20,000 bases of DNA from an uncultured virus (IMG/VR IMGVR_UViG_3300035698_015449). Lineage: Duplodnaviria; Heunggongvirae; Uroviricota; Caudoviricetes. Location: the IMG/VR virus record IMGVR_UViG_3300035698_015449, one strand, 5' to 3'. A model generated the notes under the pieces. The model did no database searches, was not told the DNA's origin, and saw only the letters and a program-made list of their open reading frames with translations. Below, one piece after another: positions 1 to 7,611 of this stretch; position 1 is the first letter of the stretch, and each line of letters begins with the position of its first letter. A program made the translations under genes and the position numbers.

Positions 1-327
1 CAAACTACTTCCCTTTTCGAGAATCTTAAGCTGTCCGTCAGCCCTATCAATTATATGAATCGCAAACGTCTTCCTTGGATAGAAACCTGCCTGCCATGCG
101 GGTTCATCGGCCTTATAATCGGGATGAGTAATGACTCGTTCCGTGAAAGGACTCCAATGTCTGAAAAACTTGACATGGTTTCCTACCAAACGAATCTCAT
201 AATCACCGGGGCCTTCAAACTTCATGAAAGGAGTTCTTCCTGAACTCGAATTTCCACCCTTCTTGTCTTCATCTTTGGGAAAATCTGCATCCCAGTTACC
301 TACATCAGCTTGCTTATTTTCGCTCAT
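1..327 (-). CDS. Probable phage single-stranded DNA-binding protein (gp32-like), N-terminal part; runs off the window
   Basis: Not in the ORF track. ATG at 327 with GGAGG upstream; open frame MSENKQADVGNWDADF...FMKFEGPGDYEIRLVG...FFRHW...FAIHIIDRADGQLKILEKGSSL to base 1. Pattern resembles large-phage SSBs and fits the replication-gene context. Confidence 0.6.
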   Translation of the reverse strand, partial: MSENKQADVGNWDADFPKDEDKKGGNSSSGRTPFMKFEGPGDYEIRLVGNHVKFFRHWSPFTERVITHPDYKADEPAWQAGFYPRKTFAIHIIDRADGQLKILEKGSSL

Positions 328-408
328 GTTAATCGCCTCCATTTTACTGCTTTTTGTTATTTGTTACTTTCCATCATCGACTGTTCTATCATCAAACTCA
401 ACAGAGTA

Positions 409-418
409 ATTATACAGC
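409..418 (-). promoter_or_regulatory. Sigma70-type -10 element (GCTGTATAAT) upstream of the SSB-like gene
   Basis: Intergenic perfect TATAAT; the same 10-mer recurs at 9863-9872; -35 is weak (TTCAAA, 18-nt spacer). Confidence 0.55.
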
Positions 419-469
419 AAAACTCCGGAAATTTTGAAAAAAGTGAAAAACTTTTTTCCATCGTTACAC

Positions 470-1294
470 CTAGAAGGTTCTCTCTTCCGCTTCTAGGCTT
501 TTACCTTCATCTAATGGTTCTTTCGTTGTCTCTTCTACAGAGGGTTTCTCTACAGGCTCCCCAATTTCATGCGGACTAGGTGAACTGAACGAGTCAGATA
601 ATTGAGCATCATTGAAATTAAAGTCAGGCAATGCACCACGACCTATGTCAAATAGCTTCAACTGAGACTGAATGATCGTAATCTGTCTAGATATCGCATT
701 GCTTTGACTGTCTAGATTCTTCAGAACATGATCACAAACATTATGCAAAGACTCAATCTGAGCTAAATCAATTGTAAAATCGCTCATACGAAATGCACAA
801 TCAGCCTTTCTTTTGTCAGCGCTAGCTCCTTCTGCGAACTTACCCCACGCTTCTGACAAAATGTTCACCGCCCTCTTCTTGAGCGTATGGCATCTAAGCA
901 CATCTTGGAATATCTCAGAGAGTCTGTCCTTGTTCCCTTGAATCATTTGCAACTTGAGATTAATCAACTGCAATGTGGGAGTTGGATCTGACTTTACATT
1001 TAACTGAGCAACTTCCGTATGCACTTGTTCGTAATCAAGCTTGGGGAGGTTCTCGTAAAGTATCAAAAACCTATTCGCAACCTGTTGAAACTCAATGGGA
1101 TACCCATCTCCAACCAACATCGGCAAAGGACTCGGTGCTTCTAATTCAGCTTCAACTTCCTCAGGCTCAGTTGCGTTTTCATCAACTTCGTCCTCAGAAC
1201 TAGTGCTACTCATTTCGCCTCCATCTCCGATGTCTTCTCCAAGTGCGCCAATGTCCTCAAAGAAGTCATCACCTAATATATCTTCTTTACCCAT
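470..1294 (-). CDS. Hypothetical protein: acidic disordered termini with a long helical/coiled-coil core
   Basis: 274-aa ORF in the operon direction, GAGG RBS; no recognisable catalytic motif. Confidence 0.75.
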   Translation of the reverse strand: MGKEDILGDDFFEDIGALGEDIGDGGEMSSTSSEDEVDENATEPEEVEAELEAPSPLPMLVGDGYPIEFQQVANRFLILYENLPKLDYEQVHTEVAQLNVKSDPTPTLQLINLKLQMIQGNKDRLSEIFQDVLRCHTLKKRAVNILSEAWGKFAEGASADKRKADCAFRMSDFTIDLAQIESLHNVCDHVLKNLDSQSNAISRQITIIQSQLKLFDIGRGALPDFNFNDAQLSDSFSSPSPHEIGEPVEKPSVEETTKEPLDEGKSLEAEERTF

Positions 1295-1311
1295 GATTTA
1301 CCTCGTAAGGC

Positions 1312-1647
1312 TTATTCAGATTCGTATACGATGAGATAGTCATTGCCACTTACGAATGTAGTCAATTTGGGGATCAAATCAAACTTCATTTCGCCAATGT
1401 CATCTCTTTGGATCGTAACCGACTCACTCGCTTCGACTTCACCATTACGAAACTGATCAATCGTTGGCGTTCCAGCATGACCCGAAATATCTACGTTAAT
1501 CTGAATGGGCTTACCAAGCTGTCTATCGTTACACTCTACTCCGAAAGCGCCGATGGCATTCAAACTAGCCACCTGAGTTTCAAATGCCTCTTCAAACATT
1601 GTGATTAACTCTTCGCTACTTACTCGACTCAATTCCATTTTTTTCAT
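1312..1647 (-). CDS. Hypothetical protein
   Basis: 111-aa ORF, AAGGAG RBS, tightly packed in the operon. Confidence 0.75.
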   Translation of the reverse strand: MKKMELSRVSSEELITMFEEAFETQVASLNAIGAFGVECNDRQLGKPIQINVDISGHAGTPTIDQFRNGEVEASESVTIQRDDIGEMKFDLIPKLTTFVSGNDYLIVYESE

Positions 1648-1658
1648 ACTTCTTCTCC

Positions 1659-2297
1659 TTAGACATCACCAAAAAGGTCGTCATCTTCATCATCAAAGAT
1701 GCTGTCTAATTCGGCCTTTTTAACATCGGGTTCGGTCTTTTCGACCTTTTCCTCGACTTTAGTTTCTACTGCTTCAGCTTTCTCAGCCTCTTCAGTCACA
1801 TCATCAGCATTTTCAAGCCTTTCTGACTTCGGCATTTCAGCCTCTTCAAAAAGGTCTTCCTCTTCCTCAGCAGGTACAACAGGAGCAGGTACAACAGGAG
1901 CCTCTACTTTGGTCTCCACAACTACTTCTGCCAAATTCTTAGCGTTAGTGTCTTTGTTGTCTTTTTGCTCTGCCGCATTACGAAGGTTCTCGTTAGCTGC
2001 CTTGTTCGCTATATTGGGAACAGGGCCATTCTCAAGCCATTCGGGGATTGCTTTTTGAATCGCTTCTTCAATTTCCTGAGCCGACTCAACACCCTTGCCA
2101 AGCTTCTCAGGAATGGCTTTCATGCTGCGAATCATGCTTGCAAGTAAGTCATCTCTTAAAGAGTCTTCCTTTGTGATCAGATCTTCTTGACCTTCATATT
2201 CAATTTGTTCTTCAGCGTACTTTGTCAACTCAATATGCTGATAGTTACCAACATTAATACGTAAACTAATACACTCTGCTATTTTTCGGTTTGCCAT
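1659..2297 (-). CDS. Hypothetical protein with a long acidic C-terminal tail
   Basis: Start reassigned to ATG 2297 (MANRKIAEC), preceded by AGGAG; ends ...SIFDDEDDDLFGDV. Confidence 0.75.
   Translation of the reverse strand: MANRKIAECISLRINVGNYQHIELTKYAEEQIEYEGQEDLITKEDSLRDDLLASMIRSMKAIPEKLGKGVESAQEIEEAIQKAIPEWLENGPVPNIANKAANENLRNAAEQKDNKDTNAKNLAEVVVETKVEAPVVPAPVVPAEEEEDLFEEAEMPKSERLENADDVTEEAEKAEAVETKVEEKVEKTEPDVKKAELDSIFDDEDDDLFGDV
1869..1901. repeat. In-frame 15-bp tandem duplication (encodes APVVPAPVVPA)
   Basis: agcaggtacaacagg twice, plus agc. Confidence 0.9.
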
Positions 2298-2334
2298 ATC
2301 TCGCTCCTGTTTTTTATTGTCAATCTCTGGAGAC

Positions 2335-2342
2335 ATTATACA
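2335..2342 (-). promoter_or_regulatory. Sigma70-type -10 element (TGTATAAT)
   Basis: Lies just downstream of the last dnaE piece and about 40 nt upstream of ATG 2297; no good -35. Confidence 0.45.
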
Positions 2343-2352
2343 TTAAACTCCG

Positions 2353-3063
2353 TTAGATTTTAATTCCTTTCCCGCCTAGTTTGGAAAAGATATTGTTTCC
2401 ACCGTACTGCTCCATTCTCTCGTCTTGTTTCTTCTTCTGTTTTTTCTCTTTGTCAACAAGAGCCTTCACTGTAGTATATTTATCCAACAAAGTCTCTTTA
2501 CCAATCTTCCAACTCTCCTGCATACAATCAGCTTCAACCAAAGATTTAAACACTTTGCTATGAACCTTTCTTGTGTCAACTGTATGTAAGAAGTCTCTCA
2601 AGTCCGCAAACGGTTGATTATCTACAATACTCTGAACAGCTTTTTCTCCTACGCCACCAATAATCGTCAAAGGTGTCCTTATTCCATCCCTCTCTTTGCC
2701 CGATTTATCATCAACGAATGTAGCTATTTTATATTTAGTACCGCTTTTGTTAATACATGGCCCGTTAATAATAAGCCCCATACGTCTTGATTCGCTCTGA
2801 TAGGACTCAAGCTTAATCCCCTTATCGCTGTTATTGATCTCAGACGACAAAAGATTACACATGTACTCTAAAGGATAGTAAACTTTGAGCCAAGCCGTTT
2901 GATAAGCCAACATAGCATAAGCTGCGCTGTGAGAGTTTTTCGTGTAAAGCCCTCTGCCGCAAGGACTTATGATTTTGTAATTATGTTGCTCGCCTGCCAT
3001 AGTCACGTTATATGTTGTTTGCTTCCCTAATGACCTAATAGATTTTACTCTGCACTTTTTCAT
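2353..3063 (-). CDS. dnaE: DNA polymerase III alpha, piece 3 of 3: split-intein C half (43 aa) plus C-terminal extein (fingers/HhH region)
   Basis: MKKCRVKSIRSLGKQTTYNVTM..QHNY..LYTKN, then SHSAAYAMLAYQTAWLKVYYPLEYM (DnaE motif), PCINKS and IGGVGEKAV (HhH). RBS AAGGAG lies inside the upstream HEG. Confidence 0.95.
   Translation of the reverse strand: MKKCRVKSIRSLGKQTTYNVTMAGEQHNYKIISPCGRGLYTKNSHSAAYAMLAYQTAWLKVYYPLEYMCNLLSSEINNSDKGIKLESYQSESRRMGLIINGPCINKSGTKYKIATFVDDKSGKERDGIRTPLTIIGGVGEKAVQSIVDNQPFADLRDFLHTVDTRKVHSKVFKSLVEADCMQESWKIGKETLLDKYTTVKALVDKEKKQKKKQDERMEQYGGNNIFSKLGGKGIKI
2935..3063 (-). mobile_element. Split intein 2, C-terminal half (IntC2)
   Basis: Basic N-terminus, block F-like TYNVTM..HNY, terminal Asn followed by a Ser nucleophile; penultimate residue is Lys. 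Confidence 0.9.
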
Positions 3064-4150
3064 ATTTTCTCCTTAAATAAAAATCGTTCTTATCATTATA
3101 CATCCAACAAAACGCTTTGCAAATCTGTTTCTCCCCTCCAAGAGTTCTTAGATTATAGATATATCCTGTTTTTGTTTTTTGTCCCGTTACCGACCAAACA
3201 AACTGGTTTATGCTTGTCAAGTCAGTCAAGAAATCTTTACTAGCTGAAGTAAGAGATAGCCAAGGATATCCATTCTTCTTTAAACCAACCGTTCCATCCC
3301 CATCAATAAGTCCCCTGAAAAATGAACTTAAAAACTCATCAGGAACACATCCATTATACCTCAATATCTTCGTCTTACGCTTTACTACTCCTAACTTTTT
3401 TAAATCTTCTGCAATCTTTCGGTTATGAACGGTTAAACGTATCATATCTTTAGCGTTTGAAAATCCAACTTTAGTTCTTTTATGCGAACAGTCTATCTTT
3501 TGAACAGGATGCGTTTTAGATGCGCCTATAAGATCCCCTATCTTTTCAAGTATATATCCGTCTTCTTCTGTTAGTTGTATTTCAAATCCATTATAGTCTT
3601 TGATAATATTACCATCTGTCATTATCAGACCAAGAACGTATGCTTTTTCGTGACTATTAATTTTCTCAAAAAATGATTCATCGTAATGAGTTTGTATCTT
3701 TGGTTCTCTTCGTTCAATTCCATATTTATCTAGGATTTGATATACGGTTTCCTTCCTCTTGTATCCTATTGAATCAACTATCTGCTTTCCTGTTCTACCT
3801 TTTTCATAAAGTTGTATTACTTTTTGTTCTAATTGATCTGACCGCTTACTATTCCATGCTACTCGTTTCGCTTGCTTTACTTTGTATTTCTTCCTTATGC
3901 GGCAAAGGCCATAGTAATTCACGCCCGTTTGTTCTGAGACTTTGCATAAAGAAAGCCCCTTTGTATACGAGATATGGCACAGCATTTGATAATACCGCTC
4001 TCTTACCGCTTGCCAATTGTTTTCCTGAATCACTCTCCGTATTACTCGCTCCGTTAAATCCGTTTGGCGTTCTATCTCCTTCATTTCCTTTTTTTGGAAG
4101 AACAATTTGCGGATCTTCTTTTGTAATTGTTTCGGTATCGGTTGTTTCAT
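3035..4150 (-). CDS. Free-standing LAGLIDADG homing endonuclease with N-terminal HTH-like repeats (HEG1)
   Basis: Two motifs, AYVLGLIMTDG and FFRGLIDGDG; C-terminal LRRKY; GGGAGG RBS. Confidence 0.9.
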   Translation of the reverse strand: MKQPIPKQLQKKIRKLFFQKKEMKEIERQTDLTERVIRRVIQENNWQAVRERYYQMLCHISYTKGLSLCKVSEQTGVNYYGLCRIRKKYKVKQAKRVAWNSKRSDQLEQKVIQLYEKGRTGKQIVDSIGYKRKETVYQILDKYGIERREPKIQTHYDESFFEKINSHEKAYVLGLIMTDGNIIKDYNGFEIQLTEEDGYILEKIGDLIGASKTHPVQKIDCSHKRTKVGFSNAKDMIRLTVHNRKIAEDLKKLGVVKRKTKILRYNGCVPDEFLSSFFRGLIDGDGTVGLKKNGYPWLSLTSASKDFLTDLTSINQFVWSVTGQKTKTGYIYNLRTLGGEKQICKAFCWMYNDKNDFYLRRKYEKVQSKIY

Positions 4151-4619
4151 TTTCGGCCTCCCATATTTTATGCTGCTGCTTATGGGATACTTCTGTAAGA
4201 TACTGCGAATCTCCTTCTAATTTTATGATTTTATTTTTTAGTTCATTATTACGATTACCTATCATATACCCCACCAATACAGAAAAAATACATGTAATAA
4301 AAACAGATATGATTTTTATTTTTATTTCACTCCATATTACATCATCCATGTGAAGTTTTTTGTTATCTAGATTGCATTGTTGAATTTCTATATTGTCTCC
4401 CTCTATACTCCCATGATTCGCATACGTTTGAGCATTCTCACTTACACTTTCAGCGCCATATGACACAGCAGTAGATAAATCTTTTTCTCGATCAATAAAT
4501 GGTTCGGTAGGGTAATCAATAAATTTTACGAAAAGGAATTTTAATGGGTTGTTGAACCTTGTCCCAAATTTATCTTTAGGATAACTAATATATTTCATCA
4601 AGAACGGCTTAATCTTCAT
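3849..4619 (-). CDS. Putative membrane-anchored hypothetical protein; last ~100 codons overlap HEG1 in another frame
   Basis: ATG 4619 with GGAG RBS overlaps the end of dnaE piece 2; hydrophobic segment IISVFITCIFSVLVGYMIG; fills the otherwise empty 4150-4609 gap. Confidence 0.5.
   Translation of the reverse strand: MKIKPFLMKYISYPKDKFGTRFNNPLKFLFVKFIDYPTEPFIDREKDLSTAVSYGAESVSENAQTYANHGSIEGDNIEIQQCNLDNKKLHMDDVIWSEIKIKIISVFITCIFSVLVGYMIGNRNNELKNKIIKLEGDSQYLTEVSHKQQHKIWEAENETTDTETITKEDPQIVLPKKGNEGDRTPNGFNGASNTESDSGKQLASGKRAVLSNAVPYLVYKGAFFMQSLRTNGRELLWPLPHKEEIQSKASETSSME
4159..4217 (-). promoter_or_regulatory. SigmaH-like promoter plus RBS-occluding hairpin for HEG1
   Basis: GAAGGA-N18-GAAGTA; stem TCCCATA (4187-4181) / TATGGGA (4165-4159) overlaps GGGAGG. 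Confidence 0.75.
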
Positions 4620-4956
4620 ACAAAATCTCCAATTCTTCATGCACAATGTCCTGCAAAGTATGTGCTTCCCCGTCAGAACAAATAAACTTATGATCCATTG
4701 TGCATTTTATCACAACACCATTATCAAGTTGAACTTCAAATAGCTCTCTCTCGCCAACTTCAAAAACATCTACCACGACATCTTCTACGATTTCCCCATC
4801 TTTAAATGACTTAAGAATTATCTCAGGTGTTTCAACTTCCTCACCCGCTCCAAATTCCTTCCATCCTTGATAATTAAAGAACCATTTCTCTAAGTCTTCT
4901 AATCTATAGACTTTCCCATCCTTTTCGTTTAGGACTTCGGTATCTCCAGAGAGACA
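4609..4956 (-). mobile_element. Split intein 2, N-terminal half (IntN2)
   Basis: Block A CLSGDTEV and block B CTMDHKF, acidic composition, followed by a stop codon. Confidence 0.93.
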
Positions 4957-6300
4957 TTTGTTGAATCCATACCCACCGAAGTATTCGATCTGTTCAAATA
5001 TCGCTTTTGCAGTTCTTTCGTCAATATCACATTCGGCCTTACAACCCTCAATGAACAGAGTGTCAAGCTTTTCTTTCTTGATCAACTCAGGTTTCTTCTT
5101 ACCCACAACCTTTCTCAACCAGTCTGCCTGACCTAGAGTAAATCCTGCGAGCTTCTGTACAACCTTCATGATGTTCTCTTGGAAAACCATGATCCCGTAA
5201 GTCTCATCCAAAACCTCTCCCATCTTAGGATGCAAATATTCGATTTTCTTACGGCCATGCTTGTAGTCACTGTAAAGGTCGTGAACTCCTGCACCTAATG
5301 GGCCGGGACGATACAAAGCATTACATACAACCAAATCATTGAACGTATCAACATGGATGTTCTTTAACAATTTAGAGATGCCATGAGCTTCAAACTGGAA
5401 TATACCCCTATTGTCCATATTTTTGTATTTACCATTAAATAAATCAAATACCTTAGGATCATCAGGCTCAAGTACATCAACGTCTATATACGTCCCGTAA
5501 CGGCTCTTAATCATCTGAACAGTATCCTCTATTACCGTCAGAGTCTTCAAAGCCAACATATCGAACTTGAGCAAACCAAGATCATCAACCTCTTCCATGA
5601 CAAACTGAGAGCAGATAGCGCCCTTAGACTCCCTCAAAGGAATGTGGTTTACAACAGGCTCTTTACAAATAATGATGCCAGCAGGATGCACTCCCGCAGA
5701 TGATACAGTGTTCTCAACATGTCTTGTCGTATCGAGTAACTTAGGGTTCTTTAACATCTCTCTTCTGAATGACTCATCCTCTTTAAGTGCTTGTTCAATG
5801 GTCATGCCGGGACTATTGGGGATTTGTTTGGCAATGAAGTCCGCCATATCCAAACTCCTTTTTGTCATCTCAACTTTTTTATCAGGGTTACGCTTCTTAG
5901 CTGCCTGATAAGTCTCCCAATCATTACCAATATCCAACGCTTTAGCCGCATATCTAACCGCAGCCCTTGCTTTGAATTTGTTGTACGTCCCAATTTTGCA
6001 ACAATACCCCTCTCCATACTTACGAATGATGTAATCAAAGATCTCATCTCTACGATAGTAATCAAAGTCAATATCTACATCAGGGGGACTTACACGCTCA
6101 GGGTTGATGAATCTTTCAAAAAGTAAACCGTACTTAATTGGGTCAAGTTTCGTAATACCTAGAACATACAAACACAAACTGCCTGCTCCAGAATTATGAA
6201 CTGACAACCCATCTATATTGTATGCGCTCAAATCCTTAACGGTAAGATCATGAACTTTTCCTTCATACTTAGTCTTTTTGATGCTTTTTATTTTAGCCAT
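4609..6300 (-). CDS. dnaE: DNA polymerase III alpha, piece 2 of 3: IntC1 (36 aa) + catalytic palm/thumb/fingers + IntN2 (115 aa)
   Basis: ...GLSVHN|SGAGSLCLYVLGIT, LLFERFINPERVSPPDVDIDF (catalytic Asp residues), HPAGIII, LLKFDML, GIFQFE, LYRPGP, ETYGIMVFQE, GYGFNK|CLSGDTEV...KCTMDHKF. Confidence 0.97.
   Translation of the reverse strand: MAKIKSIKKTKYEGKVHDLTVKDLSAYNIDGLSVHNSGAGSLCLYVLGITKLDPIKYGLLFERFINPERVSPPDVDIDFDYYRRDEIFDYIIRKYGEGYCCKIGTYNKFKARAAVRYAAKALDIGNDWETYQAAKKRNPDKKVEMTKRSLDMADFIAKQIPNSPGMTIEQALKEDESFRREMLKNPKLLDTTRHVENTVSSAGVHPAGIIICKEPVVNHIPLRESKGAICSQFVMEEVDDLGLLKFDMLALKTLTVIEDTVQMIKSRYGTYIDVDVLEPDDPKVFDLFNGKYKNMDNRGIFQFEAHGISKLLKNIHVDTFNDLVVCNALYRPGPLGAGVHDLYSDYKHGRKKIEYLHPKMGEVLDETYGIMVFQENIMKVVQKLAGFTLGQADWLRKVVGKKKPELIKKEKLDTLFIEGCKAECDIDERTAKAIFEQIEYFGGYGFNKCLSGDTEVLNEKDGKVYRLEDLEKWFFNYQGWKEFGAGEEVETPEIILKSFKDGEIVEDVVVDVFEVGERELFEVQLDNGVVIKCTMDHKFICSDGEAHTLQDIVHEELEILYED
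6193..6300 (-). mobile_element. Split intein 1, C-terminal half (IntC1)
   Basis: MAKIKSIKKTKYEGKVHDLTVKD..AYNIDGLSVHN followed by Ser; canonical His-Asn end. Confidence 0.95.
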
Positions 6301-7232
6301 GCCTTAATCCTCTTCTTTATTGCGTCAGTTTTTTCATTATTGTAAAATGTTATTTCAGAATAATATCTTTTATAAAATGGTTTAAGATAAGTTTCTCTTT
6401 TTACAAATATACCTAAATCAAACAAATCCTGAAATCCATATACAACATACATTATACCAAACTCCTTTCTTGCTGCTTTAAATTTTTCATGGAAGTTGTT
6501 ATACTCCTTCGACCCTTTAATTTCAACGATTCTTTTTTTATCATTGCTATAGGTAACTATGAAATCAGGATAATACTGCCGTTTTTTACCTTTATCGTCT
6601 TTATAAGCAATACTCCCCTTATATCTTTCAATCTTTTTTATACTCTTAGAGTCCCAACAAAAACATAGAAAATACAATTCCCAACTACTATCAAATCTGA
6701 TACCTCGTATTGTACCGCTTATAAAAGATTTTGAACATCTTTTTTCTGCATACATCGGATCGGATTTCATTAATTTCAGTTGGGCATCTCTTTGCTTTTT
6801 TAAAACCTCCGGTCTATTTTGCGCTATCAATTGAGCTTTTGAATTACTATCCTTCCATTTGTCAGTATTTGTAGCAAACTTTAGGGAACATTTTTTACAG
6901 ATAGGTTTGGTTCCACAAATCTTCCTTTTTTGCATAGCTAAAATCTGCATAACACTATCTTTGCCACATTCTTGACATTTAAATTTTACTTTCTTTTTAG
7001 TTTTTAAAGAATTTATACAAGGTTGTACTAATTTATAATCCCAATATTCATCATTTAGCTTATCCTGCAACTCAACCGGATAGTAATCAACTCCGTATTT
7101 TCCGCCCCTACTATATTTTTTGTAGCATTTCGGACAAATTGGCTCTGAAGTTTTTTCCCTTCTTCTTTTTAAACATCCTCTTTGAATTTTAAAATCATTA
7201 CCACAATCCTGACATTTCATTCTAACACTCAT
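6288..7232 (-). CDS. Free-standing putative homing endonuclease: CxxC zinc-binding repeats plus TnsA-N-like PD-(D/E)xK nuclease (HEG2)
   Basis: CQDC, CPKC, CQEC, CKKC; C-terminal FDSSWE...YYPDFIV...IVEIKG; sits between the halves of split intein 1. Confidence 0.8.
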   Translation of the reverse strand: MSVRMKCQDCGNDFKIQRGCLKRRREKTSEPICPKCYKKYSRGGKYGVDYYPVELQDKLNDEYWDYKLVQPCINSLKTKKKVKFKCQECGKDSVMQILAMQKRKICGTKPICKKCSLKFATNTDKWKDSNSKAQLIAQNRPEVLKKQRDAQLKLMKSDPMYAEKRCSKSFISGTIRGIRFDSSWELYFLCFCWDSKSIKKIERYKGSIAYKDDKGKKRQYYPDFIVTYSNDKKRIVEIKGSKEYNNFHEKFKAARKEFGIMYVVYGFQDLFDLGIFVKRETYLKPFYKRYYSEITFYNNEKTDAIKKRIKAWLK

Positions 7233-7235
7233 AAA

Positions 7236-7290
7236 ATAACCTCCTTAACTTTATTAGGTTATATTCTTGATGAATGCCAAAACCTCCTCC
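7236..7290 (-). promoter_or_regulatory. SigmaH-like promoter plus RBS-occluding hairpin for HEG2
   Basis: GGAGGA-N18-GAATAT; stem ATAACCT (7262-7256) / AGGTTAT (7242-7236) overlaps AAGGAGGT. Confidence 0.75.
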
Positions 7291-7317
7291 TTTAAACTCC
7301 AACTCGTACAACCAACC

Positions 7318-7611
7318 TCAAACGACTCCCTCTCTAATATCAAATATTTCATCATCAGTAGTTAGTTTTCCTGCTTCAACCCATATAAGGTCTCCTTTGC
7401 GATCAATATGAATCTTATGATCGCTTGTGCATGAAAACCGCCTTCCGTCTTCTAACTCTATTTCTATTAATTCCTCATCTACATCATATTCTAAAACATT
7501 TAAAACATCATGATACTTTCCATCATAAGATAAAACTTTATCATTTATACAAACATCTTTAATATTTTTTATTCCGTCCTTACACTCAACCTTAGACTCT
7601 GGTGTAAAACA
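7318..7611 (-). mobile_element. Split intein 1, N-terminal half (IntN1)
   Basis: Block A CFTPESKV, block B CTSDHKI, WVEAGKLTTDD, then a stop codon. Confidence 0.95.
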
